This document shows, piece after piece, positions 9,113 through 18,889 of a DNA stretch of 64,000 nt (positions within the stretch are counted from its first letter, which is position 1; each line of letters starts with the position of its first letter). The notes under the pieces are model-generated. The model worked only from the letters and a program-made list of their open reading frames with translations. It was not told the DNA's origin and did no database searches. The stretch spans positions 12,484 to 76,483 of the forward strand of contig JBBRHV010000002.1 in NCBI GenBank assembly GCA_038222225.1, read 5' to 3'. Source of the stretch: Candidatus Omnitrophota bacterium (GTDB lineage Bacteria > Omnitrophota > Gorgyraeia > Zapsychrales > JANLHA01). Made by a program: the position numbers and the translations under genes.

Positions 9113-10627
9113 TTAATCAATTTTTTTCTCAATTTCAATCCTCGGAAACAGCGCTTCATGAACCTTGAGCGGAGTTCCGGGTTTTAACCCTCCCCATGAA
9201 ACGCTCGCCTGTTCATCCCCCAAAACATCCAACACCTGTCTGGTCTTTTCCGGCATCACCGGACTTAAAAAAACGGCTGCGATGCGCAAGGCCTCGGTCG
9301 CGGCATAAAGGATCGTGCCTGTTCTTTCTAAATCGGTTTTAACAACTTTCCACGGCGCCTGTTTTTCAATATAGGCATTCACCATCCTGACCAACGCCAT
9401 CGTCTGCTCAATCGCGTCATGAATGCGCATCCCCCCGACCAAGGCCCCCGCTTTCTCCTCTAAGGCATTAGCCGTATCCACAATCGGTTGCTCTTCCTCC
9501 GTTATCGAAAGCGGATCGGGAACCTTTCCGTCGAAATATTTTCCGATCAAACCGCTCACGCGGTTGAGAAGATTACCGAAATCATTGGCCAAATCGCTGT
9601 TATAACGTTTCACGAACGATTCTACCGAGAAACTGGAATCCATCCCCAGCACCATTTCGCGCATCAGATAATAGCGCACCGCATCCACGCCGTATTCATC
9701 CACCAACCCTAACGGATCAACGATATTCCCCAAGGATTTGCTCATCTTGGTATCGCCGGTCAACCACCATCCGTGGGCAAAAATCATTTGCGGCAACTCA
9801 ACCCCAAGGGAGAACAGCATGGTCGTCCAATACACCGCGTGCGTCATCAAAATATCTTTCCCGATCAAATGTACCGAGATCGGCCACCATTCATTAAAAC
9901 GCTCTTCATCCGAGCCCCAGCCCATGGCAGAAATATAATTCATCAACGCGTCAAACCAGACATAGGTCACATACTCCTGATCGAACGGAAGCTCAATGCC
10001 CCAGCTCAACCGGGATTTGGGACGAGAAATGCACAGATCCCCCAAAGGCTGACGCAAGAATCCCAACATTTCATTGCGCCGGCTTTCCGGCTGAAGAAAT
10101 TTTGGATTCTGCTCAATATGGTCAATGAGCCGCTGCTGATATTTCCCCATACGGAAAAAATAATTTTTTTCTTTGAGCTTTTTGACATCACGGAACTGAC
10201 CGGACTGCATTTCAGTCTCAGTGATGAACCTCTCCTCTGCGACTGAATACCACCCCTCATATTCGTCCGCGTAAACATCGCCATTGTCATGAACGGTCTG
10301 CAAAGCCAGCTGAACGATTCTTTTGTGCCGGTCTTCGGTTGTCCGGATAAAGTCATCATACTGGATCTCAAGCTTCTCCCATAACATCTTAAACCGCGGA
10401 GCCATCTCATCGGCATGCTGCTGCGGATCAAGCCCGCGCTGTTCAGCGGCCTGCTGAACCTTCTGCCCATGTTCATCGACGCCGGTCAGAAAAAAAACGT
10501 TCTGTCCCTGCGTGCGGTGATACCGCGTTAAGACATCCGCTAAGATCGTTGTATACGCATGACCGATATGCGGTCTGTCATTCACATAATAAATCGGCGT
10601 GCTCACATAAAAATGGTTGTCCTGCAT
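9113..10627 (-). CDS. metG: methionyl-tRNA synthetase (short form, no C-terminal tRNA-binding domain)
   Basis: Class I HIGH (PHIGHAYT) and KMSKS motifs; 504 aa. Confidence 0.9.
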   Translation of the reverse strand: MQDNHFYVSTPIYYVNDRPHIGHAYTTILADVLTRYHRTQGQNVFFLTGVDEHGQKVQQAAEQRGLDPQQHADEMAPRFKMLWEKLEIQYDDFIRTTEDRHKRIVQLALQTVHDNGDVYADEYEGWYSVAEERFITETEMQSGQFRDVKKLKEKNYFFRMGKYQQRLIDHIEQNPKFLQPESRRNEMLGFLRQPLGDLCISRPKSRLSWGIELPFDQEYVTYVWFDALMNYISAMGWGSDEERFNEWWPISVHLIGKDILMTHAVYWTTMLFSLGVELPQMIFAHGWWLTGDTKMSKSLGNIVDPLGLVDEYGVDAVRYYLMREMVLGMDSSFSVESFVKRYNSDLANDFGNLLNRVSGLIGKYFDGKVPDPLSITEEEQPIVDTANALEEKAGALVGGMRIHDAIEQTMALVRMVNAYIEKQAPWKVVKTDLERTGTILYAATEALRIAAVFLSPVMPEKTRQVLDVLGDEQASVSWGGLKPGTPLKVHEALFPRIEIEKKID

Positions 10628-10630
10628 GTT

Positions 10631-11500
10631 CTAACCCTCTTCTCCATTGAGCGCAATATCTTCATCATGCTCAATGATCTCTTGATCAGATATCTCCTGA
10701 ACCTCTCCCTCAGCCAGCGGGTACTCGATCTTAATAGTCTTCCCTTCAACCAAATCGATCAGAGCAAAACGCTTCAGAATGTTCACATCGCGAACCCGCC
10801 CCCGCCCGTCCGGTGTTGTCACCTTGTCCCCGACGCGCGGCAGACCTTTGGAGAGCTCACGATAGACTTTATATTCATACGCCATACAGCATTTAATGCG
10901 CCCGCAAACCCCGGAAATACGTGCCGGATTCAAAGGCAGGGCCTGATCCTTTGCCATCTTGATCGATAAAGGGAAAAATTTCTTGATGTAACACGAACAG
11001 CATAATTCGCAGCCGCAGACACCGAATCCTTTCACTATTTTCGCCTTATCCCGCACCGGGATCTGCCGCAATTCAATACGAACGCGGAAAATTTTTGCCA
11101 GATCCTTCACCAGGGCGCGGAAATCCACTCGCTGATCCGCCGTAAAATAAAAAATGATCTTGCTGCAGTCAAACGTGTACTCCGCTTTAAAGATCCGCAT
11201 CTCGAGTTTTCGCTCATTGACCTTGCGGATACAGGCACTGATCGCATCCTTGGCCTTGCTTAAATTATTGCTGATCTGATTACGGTCCCCTTCAGTAATT
11301 TTACGCAGAATCTTTCCCACGGGTTTGTCGCCTTCCTCCAGATGCTCCTCGTGTTCCGGATGAGAAACCACACGGCCGAATTCTGTTCCCCGATCAACTT
11401 CTAAAATGACATACTCATCCCGAAGGCATTCCACGTCATTCAGATCAAAATACTCCACCGGCCGAAAATGGCCCAGCTGAACCTGTATTAATTTCCCCAT
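10631..11500 (-). CDS. ricT: PSP1 C-terminal domain protein (RicT/YaaT family)
   Basis: PSP1-domain motif GRIKCCMAYEYKVY.. and its position directly downstream of holB, as for B. subtilis yaaT. Confidence 0.8.
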   Translation of the reverse strand: MGKLIQVQLGHFRPVEYFDLNDVECLRDEYVILEVDRGTEFGRVVSHPEHEEHLEEGDKPVGKILRKITEGDRNQISNNLSKAKDAISACIRKVNERKLEMRIFKAEYTFDCSKIIFYFTADQRVDFRALVKDLAKIFRVRIELRQIPVRDKAKIVKGFGVCGCELCCSCYIKKFFPLSIKMAKDQALPLNPARISGVCGRIKCCMAYEYKVYRELSKGLPRVGDKVTTPDGRGRVRDVNILKRFALIDLVEGKTIKIEYPLAEGEVQEISDQEIIEHDEDIALNGEEG

Positions 11501-12471
11501 AATTGCTCCTTTAACAACATCAAAGGGATCTTCACATTAAAATTGTCATCCACCATTTTTCGCGTCCGAACAATCGTCTGAAGAATCTCCTTAAGATGTT
11601 CATCTGTATAATGCGCTGCATACCGCTTAAGATCGCTCAACCGGTCAGCATGCACCATGCGTTCTTCGCCGGCGCCAGCTTTTAAAAGAAAAATATCCCT
11701 GCACCAACTCATTAAAATACTTAAGACGTCCTTCCCCTCCTGCGTATCCGACGCCAAAGTCTTTAAATCCGCATCTGTTATCGTTCCTTGAAGGAACTGA
11801 TCAATCGCTGCGTTTTTCGTTTTTAAAAACTCTTTATTCCATAAATCATACGCCTTGCCCCGACATCCTTCTGAAAACCGGGACAAGCACTGTGCCTGCT
11901 CCTTGGATAACCCTTCCCGCATCATGATCTCAGCCAAGGCATTGCTGGATAACGCGAAAAAGGCAACCGTCTGACACCTTGACCGTATGGTTGGCAAAAT
12001 ACGCTCAATGACTGACGATGTCAAAATCAGCAAACTGTCTTTGCTCGGTTCTTCTAGCGTCTTCAATAACGCGTTGGCCGCCTCAACCGTCAGCGTTTCC
12101 GCATCCTTTAAAATAAAAATCTTGTACTGCGCTTCAAACGCCCTCAACTGAATCCGGCTGATGAGAGCCCGGATCGGCTCAATTTTAATCGAAGCGTCTT
12201 CTCCCCGCTCTAAAACCATCACATCCGGATGATTGCCCTTCGTGATCTTCACACAGGCCGGGCACTGACCGCAAAAACCGTCTTCCGGAATATCCGGACC
12301 TTGACAATTCAGCATCTTGGCAATGGCTAACGCCGTCTCAACCTTTTGAGAACCCTTCGGTCCAACAAAAAGATACGCATGCGCCAACCGGTCTTGACCG
12401 CGCATCTCCTTAAACCGCTTTAAAATCGACTGCTCCATACACCGCCTGTTGCTTACCGTTGAACGAGACAT
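11488..12471 (-). CDS. holB: DNA polymerase III delta-prime subunit
   Basis: Clamp-loader AAA+ N-terminus (HAYLFVGPKG), Cys4 motif (CGQCPAC), and the conserved tmk-holB order. Confidence 0.8.
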   Translation of the reverse strand: MSRSTVSNRRCMEQSILKRFKEMRGQDRLAHAYLFVGPKGSQKVETALAIAKMLNCQGPDIPEDGFCGQCPACVKITKGNHPDVMVLERGEDASIKIEPIRALISRIQLRAFEAQYKIFILKDAETLTVEAANALLKTLEEPSKDSLLILTSSVIERILPTIRSRCQTVAFFALSSNALAEIMMREGLSKEQAQCLSRFSEGCRGKAYDLWNKEFLKTKNAAIDQFLQGTITDADLKTLASDTQEGKDVLSILMSWCRDIFLLKAGAGEERMVHADRLSDLKRYAAHYTDEHLKEILQTIVRTRKMVDDNFNVKIPLMLLKEQLWGN

Positions 12472-13073
12472 TGTTCGATATGCGTCTTAACCTCTTCAAA
12501 AATATCCTCTTTACTACGGTTCACCCGGATAATCCGAAAGCGTTCCGGATGTTCTTGCGCCAATTGCAGATAACCGGCTCGTACGCGCCGATGATATTCT
12601 AAAGAGCGCTGTTCAATGCGATCCTTGTTCTGCCCGGCCCTGGAAAGACCTTCTTCCGTATCAATATCAAATAATAATGTCAAATCCGGAACAAGTCCTT
12701 GTGTTGAGAACTCGCCGATGTTCTTAATGATATTTAAATCCATTCCATGTCCGTAGCCTTGATAGACCAGCGTTGAATCCAGAAAACGGTCGCACAGAAC
12801 AATTTTTCCCGAAGCTAACGCCGGCCGAATGACTTCACCGACCAATTGCGCGCGTGCAGCCATATACAAAAGCACTTCGCATTCATTGTTCATTTCAACA
12901 TTCTTGACATCCAAGAGCAGGTTGCGGATCGCCTCGCTGATCTTAACCCCGCCGGGCTCACGAATGAGCAGCAGGTCATGGCCCTTACTTTTTAAATATT
13001 TCTCAATCAAAGCGATTTGAGTGCTCTTCCCCGACCCCTCAGAGCCCTCAAACGTCATAAAAATGCCCCTCAT
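12453..13073 (-). CDS. tmk: thymidylate kinase
   Basis: P-loop FEGSEGSGKSTQ. Start placed at the ATG (MRGIFMTFEG..) that forms an ATGA overlap with the cysS stop. The longer track ORF begins at a TTG inside cysS. Confidence 0.85.
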   Translation of the reverse strand: MRGIFMTFEGSEGSGKSTQIALIEKYLKSKGHDLLLIREPGGVKISEAIRNLLLDVKNVEMNNECEVLLYMAARAQLVGEVIRPALASGKIVLCDRFLDSTLVYQGYGHGMDLNIIKNIGEFSTQGLVPDLTLLFDIDTEEGLSRAGQNKDRIEQRSLEYHRRVRAGYLQLAQEHPERFRIIRVNRSKEDIFEEVKTHIEQCLVQR

Positions 13074-14485
13074 AACCGCCTCCAACTTTGTCCGTCTTTG
13101 GTGTCCTTCACCAAAATCCCGCGCGCTTCAAGCTCGCCGCGCAGACGATCCGATTCCGAAAAATTTTTCTCTTTCCTGGCCTGGGCCCGCTTCTCCAAAA
13201 GATCCAGGATGTCCCGGGAAACGTCCGTGTTCGCCTCTACCGAAAGCTCCAGATTAAAAATCTCTTTAAAATACGTTTCGATCAGGCTCAACGCTCCGGC
13301 GACAATAGAAGAAAAAGATCCCAGATCGCCTTTTTGATCAATAAATTTATTCACATCGTTCATGAACTCAAACAGAACGCCCAACGCTTTAGCGGTATTG
13401 AAATCGTCATCCATAGCTTCCAAAAATTCCGCCGCGCGGTCCTCCACCCATTTACAGGAAACCGCTTCAGCCCCGGCCGCCGCTTGTACAGCGCGATCCA
13501 AAAAATTTAAAAAATGCTGCCGCTGTTTCGCAACATCCGCCATTTTGTCTTCTGAAAAATCAATCACACTCCCATAATGCGAAGAAAGAAAGAATATCTT
13601 AAGCTGATCAGCGCCATACTTTCCGATGGCATCTTCAATAGTGATAAAATTCCCCAGCGACTTTGACATCTTCTGACGGTTAATTGTTAGAAGACCGTGA
13701 TGGATCCAATACTTGGCAAACGGCTCTCCGGTAAACCCTTCGGACTGAGCGATCTCATTTTCATGATGCGGAAAAACCAAGTCCCTGCCTCCGCCGTGGA
13801 TATCCAATGTTTGGCAGCTTAAGTGTTTAAGACTCATGCAGGAACATTCGATATGCCAGCCCGGACGCCCTGCCCCCCACGGGCTTTTCCATGAGGGCTC
13901 GCCTTCTTTCGAGCTCTTCCAGAGCGCAAAGTCCAACGGATCGCGCTTCTTGTCATCTTTTTCAATACGGACGGCTTCCTGCATCATCTCAATGCCCTGC
14001 CCTGAAAGCTTGCCGTAATCCTCAAAATCGCGGACACAGAAATACACATCTCCATCCACTTCATAGGCCAACCCTTTGATGATCAGCCCTTCAATAAATT
14101 TGATCATCTCGGCAATATTCTCCGGATCGGTGGCCTTCGGCTCATGCTGAGCGGGCATCACGCCCAAACGTTTAAGGTCCTCCTGATAACCGGAAATATT
14201 GGTCTCTGCGACCTCATTGGCCGAAACCTTCAGTTCCTGGGCCCTCTTAATGATCTTGTCATCAATATCGGTGATATTACGGACAAAATGAACATCAAAA
14301 CCCCGAAAGTCAAGATACCGGCGGATCACATCAAAAACATAAAGACTGCGAGCGTGACCGATATGACATTTATCATAAACCGTGACCCCGCAGGTATACA
14401 TATTGACCCGTTTCCCGTCAGGATCTAAAGGCAAAAAAAGTTCTTTTTGTTTTGTCAGGGTATTATAAATATGAACTGCCACCAT
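13070..14485 (-). CDS. cysS: cysteinyl-tRNA synthetase
   Basis: HIGH (CHIGHARS) and KMSKS motifs; N-terminus aligns with CysS (..IYNTLTKQKELF). Confidence 0.9.
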   Translation of the reverse strand: MVAVHIYNTLTKQKELFLPLDPDGKRVNMYTCGVTVYDKCHIGHARSLYVFDVIRRYLDFRGFDVHFVRNITDIDDKIIKRAQELKVSANEVAETNISGYQEDLKRLGVMPAQHEPKATDPENIAEMIKFIEGLIIKGLAYEVDGDVYFCVRDFEDYGKLSGQGIEMMQEAVRIEKDDKKRDPLDFALWKSSKEGEPSWKSPWGAGRPGWHIECSCMSLKHLSCQTLDIHGGGRDLVFPHHENEIAQSEGFTGEPFAKYWIHHGLLTINRQKMSKSLGNFITIEDAIGKYGADQLKIFFLSSHYGSVIDFSEDKMADVAKQRQHFLNFLDRAVQAAAGAEAVSCKWVEDRAAEFLEAMDDDFNTAKALGVLFEFMNDVNKFIDQKGDLGSFSSIVAGALSLIETYFKEIFNLELSVEANTDVSRDILDLLEKRAQARKEKNFSESDRLRGELEARGILVKDTKDGQSWRRL

Positions 14486-14491
14486 CTACTC

Positions 14492-15211
14492 CTATGACAA
14501 ATCCTGCGGCTCCTCGAAATCCTCATTCTGAGCCGATGATTGTCCTTTGCCTTCCAGTTTGGTGATCCGCAAATGCAGATCTCTTAAATTCTGTGAAACC
14601 GGGTCCAATACATGACCATGATCCATCAAAATATCGATCTTTCGGCCTTCCTGCCGGGTCACGCGGCCCGGAACGCCGACGACCGTTGTATTCGATGGGA
14701 CATTCTTGAGTACAACCGCATTGGCGCCGATATATGAATTCGGCCCGATCTCAATATTCCCTAAGATCTTTGCTCCGGCGCCAACAACAATATTATTTCC
14801 GAGAGTCGGATGACGTTTTCCGGTTTCCTTACCCGTTCCGCCTAAAGTAACACCCTGAAACAAAACCACATCATTGCCCACGATGGCCGTTTCTCCGATC
14901 ACAACACCCATTCCATGGTCAATAAACAATCCATTCCCGATCTGTGCGCCCGGATGAATTTCAATCCCGGTAAAAAACCGCGCCATCTGTGAAATGAAAC
15001 GCGGAAAGAACGGCACATTGCGTTTCCACAAAAAATTTGCCAAACGGTACAAAATCACAGCATGCAGACCAGGATACAGCAAAAGAATTTCCGCTGTGCT
15101 CTTGGCCGCTGGGTCTCGGTCTTTTGTCGTCTGAATCTCGGCCGCAAAAGCCTTCGAGATCCACCACACCAGCCCCCCCGCCACAACCAGAAAAAAAATG
15201 GTCATCCCCAT
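14492..15211 (-). CDS. cysE: serine O-acetyltransferase with an unusual hydrophobic N-terminal extension
   Basis: CysE motifs ([17 protein letters not shown], hexapeptide repeats [15 protein letters not shown]). Start ATG 15211 is supported by a GAGGTG SD 4-5 nt upstream. The first ~22 aa ([22 protein letters not shown]) are TM-like. Confidence 0.85.
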   Translation of the reverse strand: MGMTIFFLVVAGGLVWWISKAFAAEIQTTKDRDPAAKSTAEILLLYPGLHAVILYRLANFLWKRNVPFFPRFISQMARFFTGIEIHPGAQIGNGLFIDHGMGVVIGETAIVGNDVVLFQGVTLGGTGKETGKRHPTLGNNIVVGAGAKILGNIEIGPNSYIGANAVVLKNVPSNTTVVGVPGRVTRQEGRKIDILMDHGHVLDPVSQNLRDLHLRITKLEGKGQSSAQNEDFEEPQDLS

Positions 15212-15330
15212 AACCCACCTCTTTCAACATACCGCTGTTGTTATTTCTTATTCATAACAAATACAATGATCAAAACAACTCCAACCAGTAACCATAATGC
15301 CAGCATACACCGATCCCTCTCTTGCGCCGC

Positions 15331-15816
15331 TCAAGCACCTCGTTCGTTCAGCAGCGCGGTCGCATAACACGCAATTCCTTCTCGCCGACCTATAAACCCC
15401 AAGCCTTCCGACGTTGTAGCTTTAATATTGGCAAAACGCGTATCAATATCCAGAACCTTTGAAATGTTCTCCACCATATTCGCCTTAAAATGTTTCAAAT
15501 TCGGTTCTTCCGCCAGAATCACCACATCCACGTTGCCGATCACAAATTTCTCTTTCTTCACCTGCCCCATCACAAGCTTAAGAAGTTCTAAACTGGAAAT
15601 ATCTTTATACTTCGGATCCGTATTCGGAAAATGCTCGCCGATGTCTCCTTTACCCAACGCGCCCAAAATCGCGTCGCACACCGCATGCAGCACGACATCC
15701 GCGTCCGAATGCCCCTCCAGGCCGAATTCATAAGGAACCTGAACCCCTCCCAAAAAAAGACGCCGGCCTTTGGTGAATTTATGCACATCATATCCGATTC
15801 CGACCCGTGCTGACAT
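15331..15816 (-). CDS. ispF: 2-C-methyl-D-erythritol 2,4-cyclodiphosphate synthase
   Basis: IspF signature VGIGYDVHKF...GHSDADV. Start taken at the internal ATG (MSARVGIG) 2 nt after the ispD stop. Confidence 0.85.
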   Translation of the reverse strand: MSARVGIGYDVHKFTKGRRLFLGGVQVPYEFGLEGHSDADVVLHAVCDAILGALGKGDIGEHFPNTDPKYKDISSLELLKLVMGQVKKEKFVIGNVDVVILAEEPNLKHFKANMVENISKVLDIDTRFANIKATTSEGLGFIGRREGIACYATALLNERGA

Positions 15817-15818
15817 TT

Positions 15819-16502
15819 CTATTCTCCTTGAGACAAAAGCTGTTGGGCAAAGACCATGTCTTCGCATGTTGTGATCTTAATATTCCGATACGAGCCCTCA
15901 ACAATTTTAACCGCGGCTCCCAACTCTTCCACCATCGCAGCATCATCGGTGACATTCTCAGAACGGCATTGACGATGCGCCTGTTCAATGATCTTCCGCT
16001 GAAAGACTTGCGGCGTCTGAACATCCCAAAGCTGCTGACGGTTCAATGTGGCCGTGACCAGCATCGTTTGCTCATCGACTTGCTTAATGGTCGGCTTGAC
16101 CTTAACGGCCAAAATAGCGGCCGGCTGTCTCTTCGCTTCATCCACGACCCGATCAACCGCATCAACGCTCACCAAAGGACGCGCCCCGTCATGAATAGCG
16201 ACAATCTGCGTATCTTCATCCAAGGCCTTCAGCCCGCACTCCACTGATTCTCTGCGGCTCTTCCCTCCGGGCACCACCGCTTTGATTTTCTGACAGCCAT
16301 GCTCTTCTATCAGCGCTTTCATCCGCTCTAAAAATTGCGGATGCGCCACCACAACCAAACTCTCCAATTGCTGGCAATGAGCCAGAGTACGCAACGAATA
16401 CACGATCATCGGTTGCCCATTCAAAAGAACAAACGGCTTAGGAAGATCGCTTTTAAAACGAAGCCCCTCACCCGCCGCAACCACAATGCCCTGTGCTTTC
16501 AT
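15819..16502 (-). CDS. ispD: 2-C-methyl-D-erythritol 4-phosphate cytidylyltransferase
   Basis: N-terminus GIVVAAGEGLRF and a nucleotidyltransferase fold length of 227 aa; followed by ispF as separate genes. Confidence 0.85.
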   Translation of the reverse strand: MKAQGIVVAAGEGLRFKSDLPKPFVLLNGQPMIVYSLRTLAHCQQLESLVVVAHPQFLERMKALIEEHGCQKIKAVVPGGKSRRESVECGLKALDEDTQIVAIHDGARPLVSVDAVDRVVDEAKRQPAAILAVKVKPTIKQVDEQTMLVTATLNRQQLWDVQTPQVFQRKIIEQAHRQCRSENVTDDAAMVEELGAAVKIVEGSYRNIKITTCEDMVFAQQLLSQGE

Positions 16503-16506
16503 ATCC

Positions 16507-17400
16507 TCATCCCTTTAGATCCGCAAAAGCCATTCGGCCGCTCTGTGTCTGCAGCACAGACTTGATTTCAACGCTGACATCCTGACCGACTCGCCCAGCC
16601 GCTGCAGCCACCACCACCATAGAACCGTCATCACTATACCCAATGGCCTGCCCCTGTTCTTTGCCTTCTTTCAGCAAATGGATCCGCAGAATATCTCCTG
16701 CCGCAAACATCGAACGTAAGGCCGCGGCCAATTCATGAATATTTAAAACTTTAATACCCTGAACATCCGCAACAGACCCCAAATTATAATCCGTTGTGCA
16801 AATATCAGCCCCCAACACTTTTGCCATCCGGATCAATTTTGAGTCAACCCCGCTGCCCAACGGCATATCCTCCTCATGAATATGCACCATCAGGCTCTGA
16901 GCCTCCTTCATCCGGCGGATAATATTTAAGCCCCGATGGCCACGCTGACGTTTGATATCCTCTTTGGAATCCACCAACGCCTGCAGTTCATCCAGAACAA
17001 AACGCGGGATCACCAGACGTCGCTCAAAAAAACTTGTCAATGAAATGTCCAGAATGCGCCCGTCAATCACTGCGCTGGTGTCCAAAAGGACCGGCCGATC
17101 ATCAATATCCTGACGTTTAAAACGAACATAGGGAATAATCAAATTAAACTCGTCTTTTCCTCTCAACGCCATCACAGCGCCGAGATAAGAAAAAACAATG
17201 GTCAGCGTAAGCCGGGCCACTGACTGAACAGAAATCGACAAAGGCAGCAATACCAGCACATCTGAAAGAAGTTTGGCCATAAAAAGCCCCAAAAGCAATC
17301 CGAAAACCATGCTGGAAAGTCCGCGGACAGAAACCGATCTGGCATTGCGCTCCACAAGAAAACCAATCAATGCCACTGCGGCTCCGATCCCCCGACCCAA
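16507..17400 (-). CDS. yacL: PIN/TRAM-domain membrane protein (YacL-like); the N-terminal TM region appears interrupted by an in-frame TAA
   Basis: PIN domain (LLDTSAVIDGRI...VLDELQ) and C-terminal TRAM-like beta domain (VGQDVSVEIKSVLQTQSGRMAFA), with N-terminal TM helices. The listed start is a TTG, and the first in-frame ATG is ~30 codons downstream. Its position between radA and ispD matches Bacillus yacL. Confidence 0.7.
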   Translation of the reverse strand: MGRGIGAAVALIGFLVERNARSVSVRGLSSMVFGLLLGLFMAKLLSDVLVLLPLSISVQSVARLTLTIVFSYLGAVMALRGKDEFNLIIPYVRFKRQDIDDRPVLLDTSAVIDGRILDISLTSFFERRLVIPRFVLDELQALVDSKEDIKRQRGHRGLNIIRRMKEAQSLMVHIHEEDMPLGSGVDSKLIRMAKVLGADICTTDYNLGSVADVQGIKVLNIHELAAALRSMFAAGDILRIHLLKEGKEQGQAIGYSDDGSMVVVAAAAGRVGQDVSVEIKSVLQTQSGRMAFADLKG

Positions 17401-17412
17401 AAACGGCTCTTC

Positions 17413-17487
17413 TTAAATTGACCCCACATAATACCCGACAAAAATTGAGATCACAAAGAAAAACGCCCGGATAAAAAATAAAGTCAT
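17413..17487 (-). other. 24-codon hydrophobic ORF (MTLFFIRAFFFVISIFVGYYVGSI) with a strong SD, in the same frame as the yacL-like ORF and separated from it by a single TAA
   Basis: SD AAGGAAG lies 5 nt upstream of the ATG (17487..17485). Translation runs to TAA (17415..17413), and continuing in the same frame reads EEPFLGRGIGAAV.., the N-terminus of the downstream ORF. The peptide looks like the first TM helix of YacL-family proteins. Confidence 0.45.
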
Positions 17488-17508
17488 GCCATCTTCCTTT
17501 GTCTGAAC

Positions 17509-18885
17509 TTATACGGAGCCGGAAAAAATATCAAGGGCTTCCCGTACGGTTGTGACAGCGATCAATTCAATGTCTACGCCATCAAAAGTTTTTCGTTTTG
17601 CCAAATTGTGTTTCGGAACAATGGCCCGTCTAAATCCAAGCTTTGCGGCTTCGTTCAGCCGAAGCGGCAACTGGATCACGCTGCGCACTTCAGCGGAAAG
17701 CCCCACCTCACCCAAAAAAACAATATCTTGCGGAATGACCCGATCTAAAAATGCCGAGGCGACCGCAACCACAACGCCCAAATCCGCCGCCGGATCCGCG
17801 ACTCTCACGCCTCCCACAATATTCACAAAAATATCTTTATCCTGAATATTCAAATCCAGCCGTTTTTCAAGCACAGCGGTCAATAGCGCCAAACGGTTGG
17901 CATCAAATCCTTGCGCCTTTTGGCGGATAACACCAAAACTGGAACGGCTCACCAATCCCTGGATCTCAACCAAAAACGGACGGCTCCCTTCCAGAATAGG
18001 AACCACCACCGATCCTGAGGTGTGCTGCGGCCGTTCCGCCAAAAAAATTTCAGAAGGATTCTCGACTTCAAGCAGCCCCTGACCCGTCATCTCAAAAACC
18101 CCAAGTTCATTGGTTGACCCAAAGCGGTTTTTCATACTGCGGATTAGCCGATAAGCCGTATATCGTTCTCCCTCAAAATACAAAACCGTATCAACAATAT
18201 GTTCCAAAACCCGCGGACCGGCAATCGCCCCATCTTTCGTCACATGCCCGATAATAAATAACGCGATACCCAATGACTTGGCCAATTGCGTTAAAACCGC
18301 CGCGCATTCCCGGACCTGACTGACACTGCCCGGGCTTGAAGGAACATCCGGATGATAAACAACCTGAATGGAATCAATGACCACCACATCCGGTTTTAAA
18401 TTCTGAATGTGCTGCTGAATCGTAGCTAAATCCACCTGATTGACAATGAACAGGCCCCTACAATCAGAAGCGCCTAACCGTTCAGCCCGTATACGTGTCT
18501 GCTGAGTCGACTCCTCACCGCTGACATACAGAACTTTCTTGCCTTGCGCCACGATCCCTGCCATCGCCTGCAGCATCAGCGTTGATTTTCCAATGCCCGG
18601 GTCTCCCCCCAAAAGGGTTACCGATCCCGCCACTAAACCGCCCCCCAAAACACGATCCAATTCCGGCATGCCGATCGTCAACCGATGTTCCTTCTTGAAT
18701 TCCAATTCATGAAGCTGAATCGGGCGGTCATCCAAAAGAACCCCGCTGCGCGGAGCCTTCGGCTTGACGGCAACCGATTCTTCGACGTATGAATTCCAGC
18801 TCTCACAACTCGGACAACGTCCGACCCAACGGGTGGACTGCATTCCGCAACTTTGACAGACATAAATATTTTTGACTTTTGACAT
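17509..18885 (-). CDS. radA: DNA repair protein RadA (Sms)
   Basis: N-terminal zinc finger (CQSCG..CPSC), RecA-like P-loop (GGDPGIGKST), KNRFG motif and Lon-like C-terminal domain. Start taken at the internal ATG (MSKVKNIYVCQSCG), which removes the overlap with the upstream ORF. Confidence 0.9.
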   Translation of the reverse strand: MSKVKNIYVCQSCGMQSTRWVGRCPSCESWNSYVEESVAVKPKAPRSGVLLDDRPIQLHELEFKKEHRLTIGMPELDRVLGGGLVAGSVTLLGGDPGIGKSTLMLQAMAGIVAQGKKVLYVSGEESTQQTRIRAERLGASDCRGLFIVNQVDLATIQQHIQNLKPDVVVIDSIQVVYHPDVPSSPGSVSQVRECAAVLTQLAKSLGIALFIIGHVTKDGAIAGPRVLEHIVDTVLYFEGERYTAYRLIRSMKNRFGSTNELGVFEMTGQGLLEVENPSEIFLAERPQHTSGSVVVPILEGSRPFLVEIQGLVSRSSFGVIRQKAQGFDANRLALLTAVLEKRLDLNIQDKDIFVNIVGGVRVADPAADLGVVVAVASAFLDRVIPQDIVFLGEVGLSAEVRSVIQLPLRLNEAAKLGFRRAIVPKHNLAKRKTFDGVDIELIAVTTVREALDIFSGSV

Positions 18886-18889
18886 CCCC

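Noticed and set aside
15212-15330. T-box or other riboswitch leaders upstream of cysE-cysS, metG or lysS
   Set aside because: The intergenic spaces (119 nt before cysE, ~70 nt before lysS, none before metG) are too short for a T-box and lack the conserved T-box sequence. The lysS leader is simply AT-rich with a consensus promoter.
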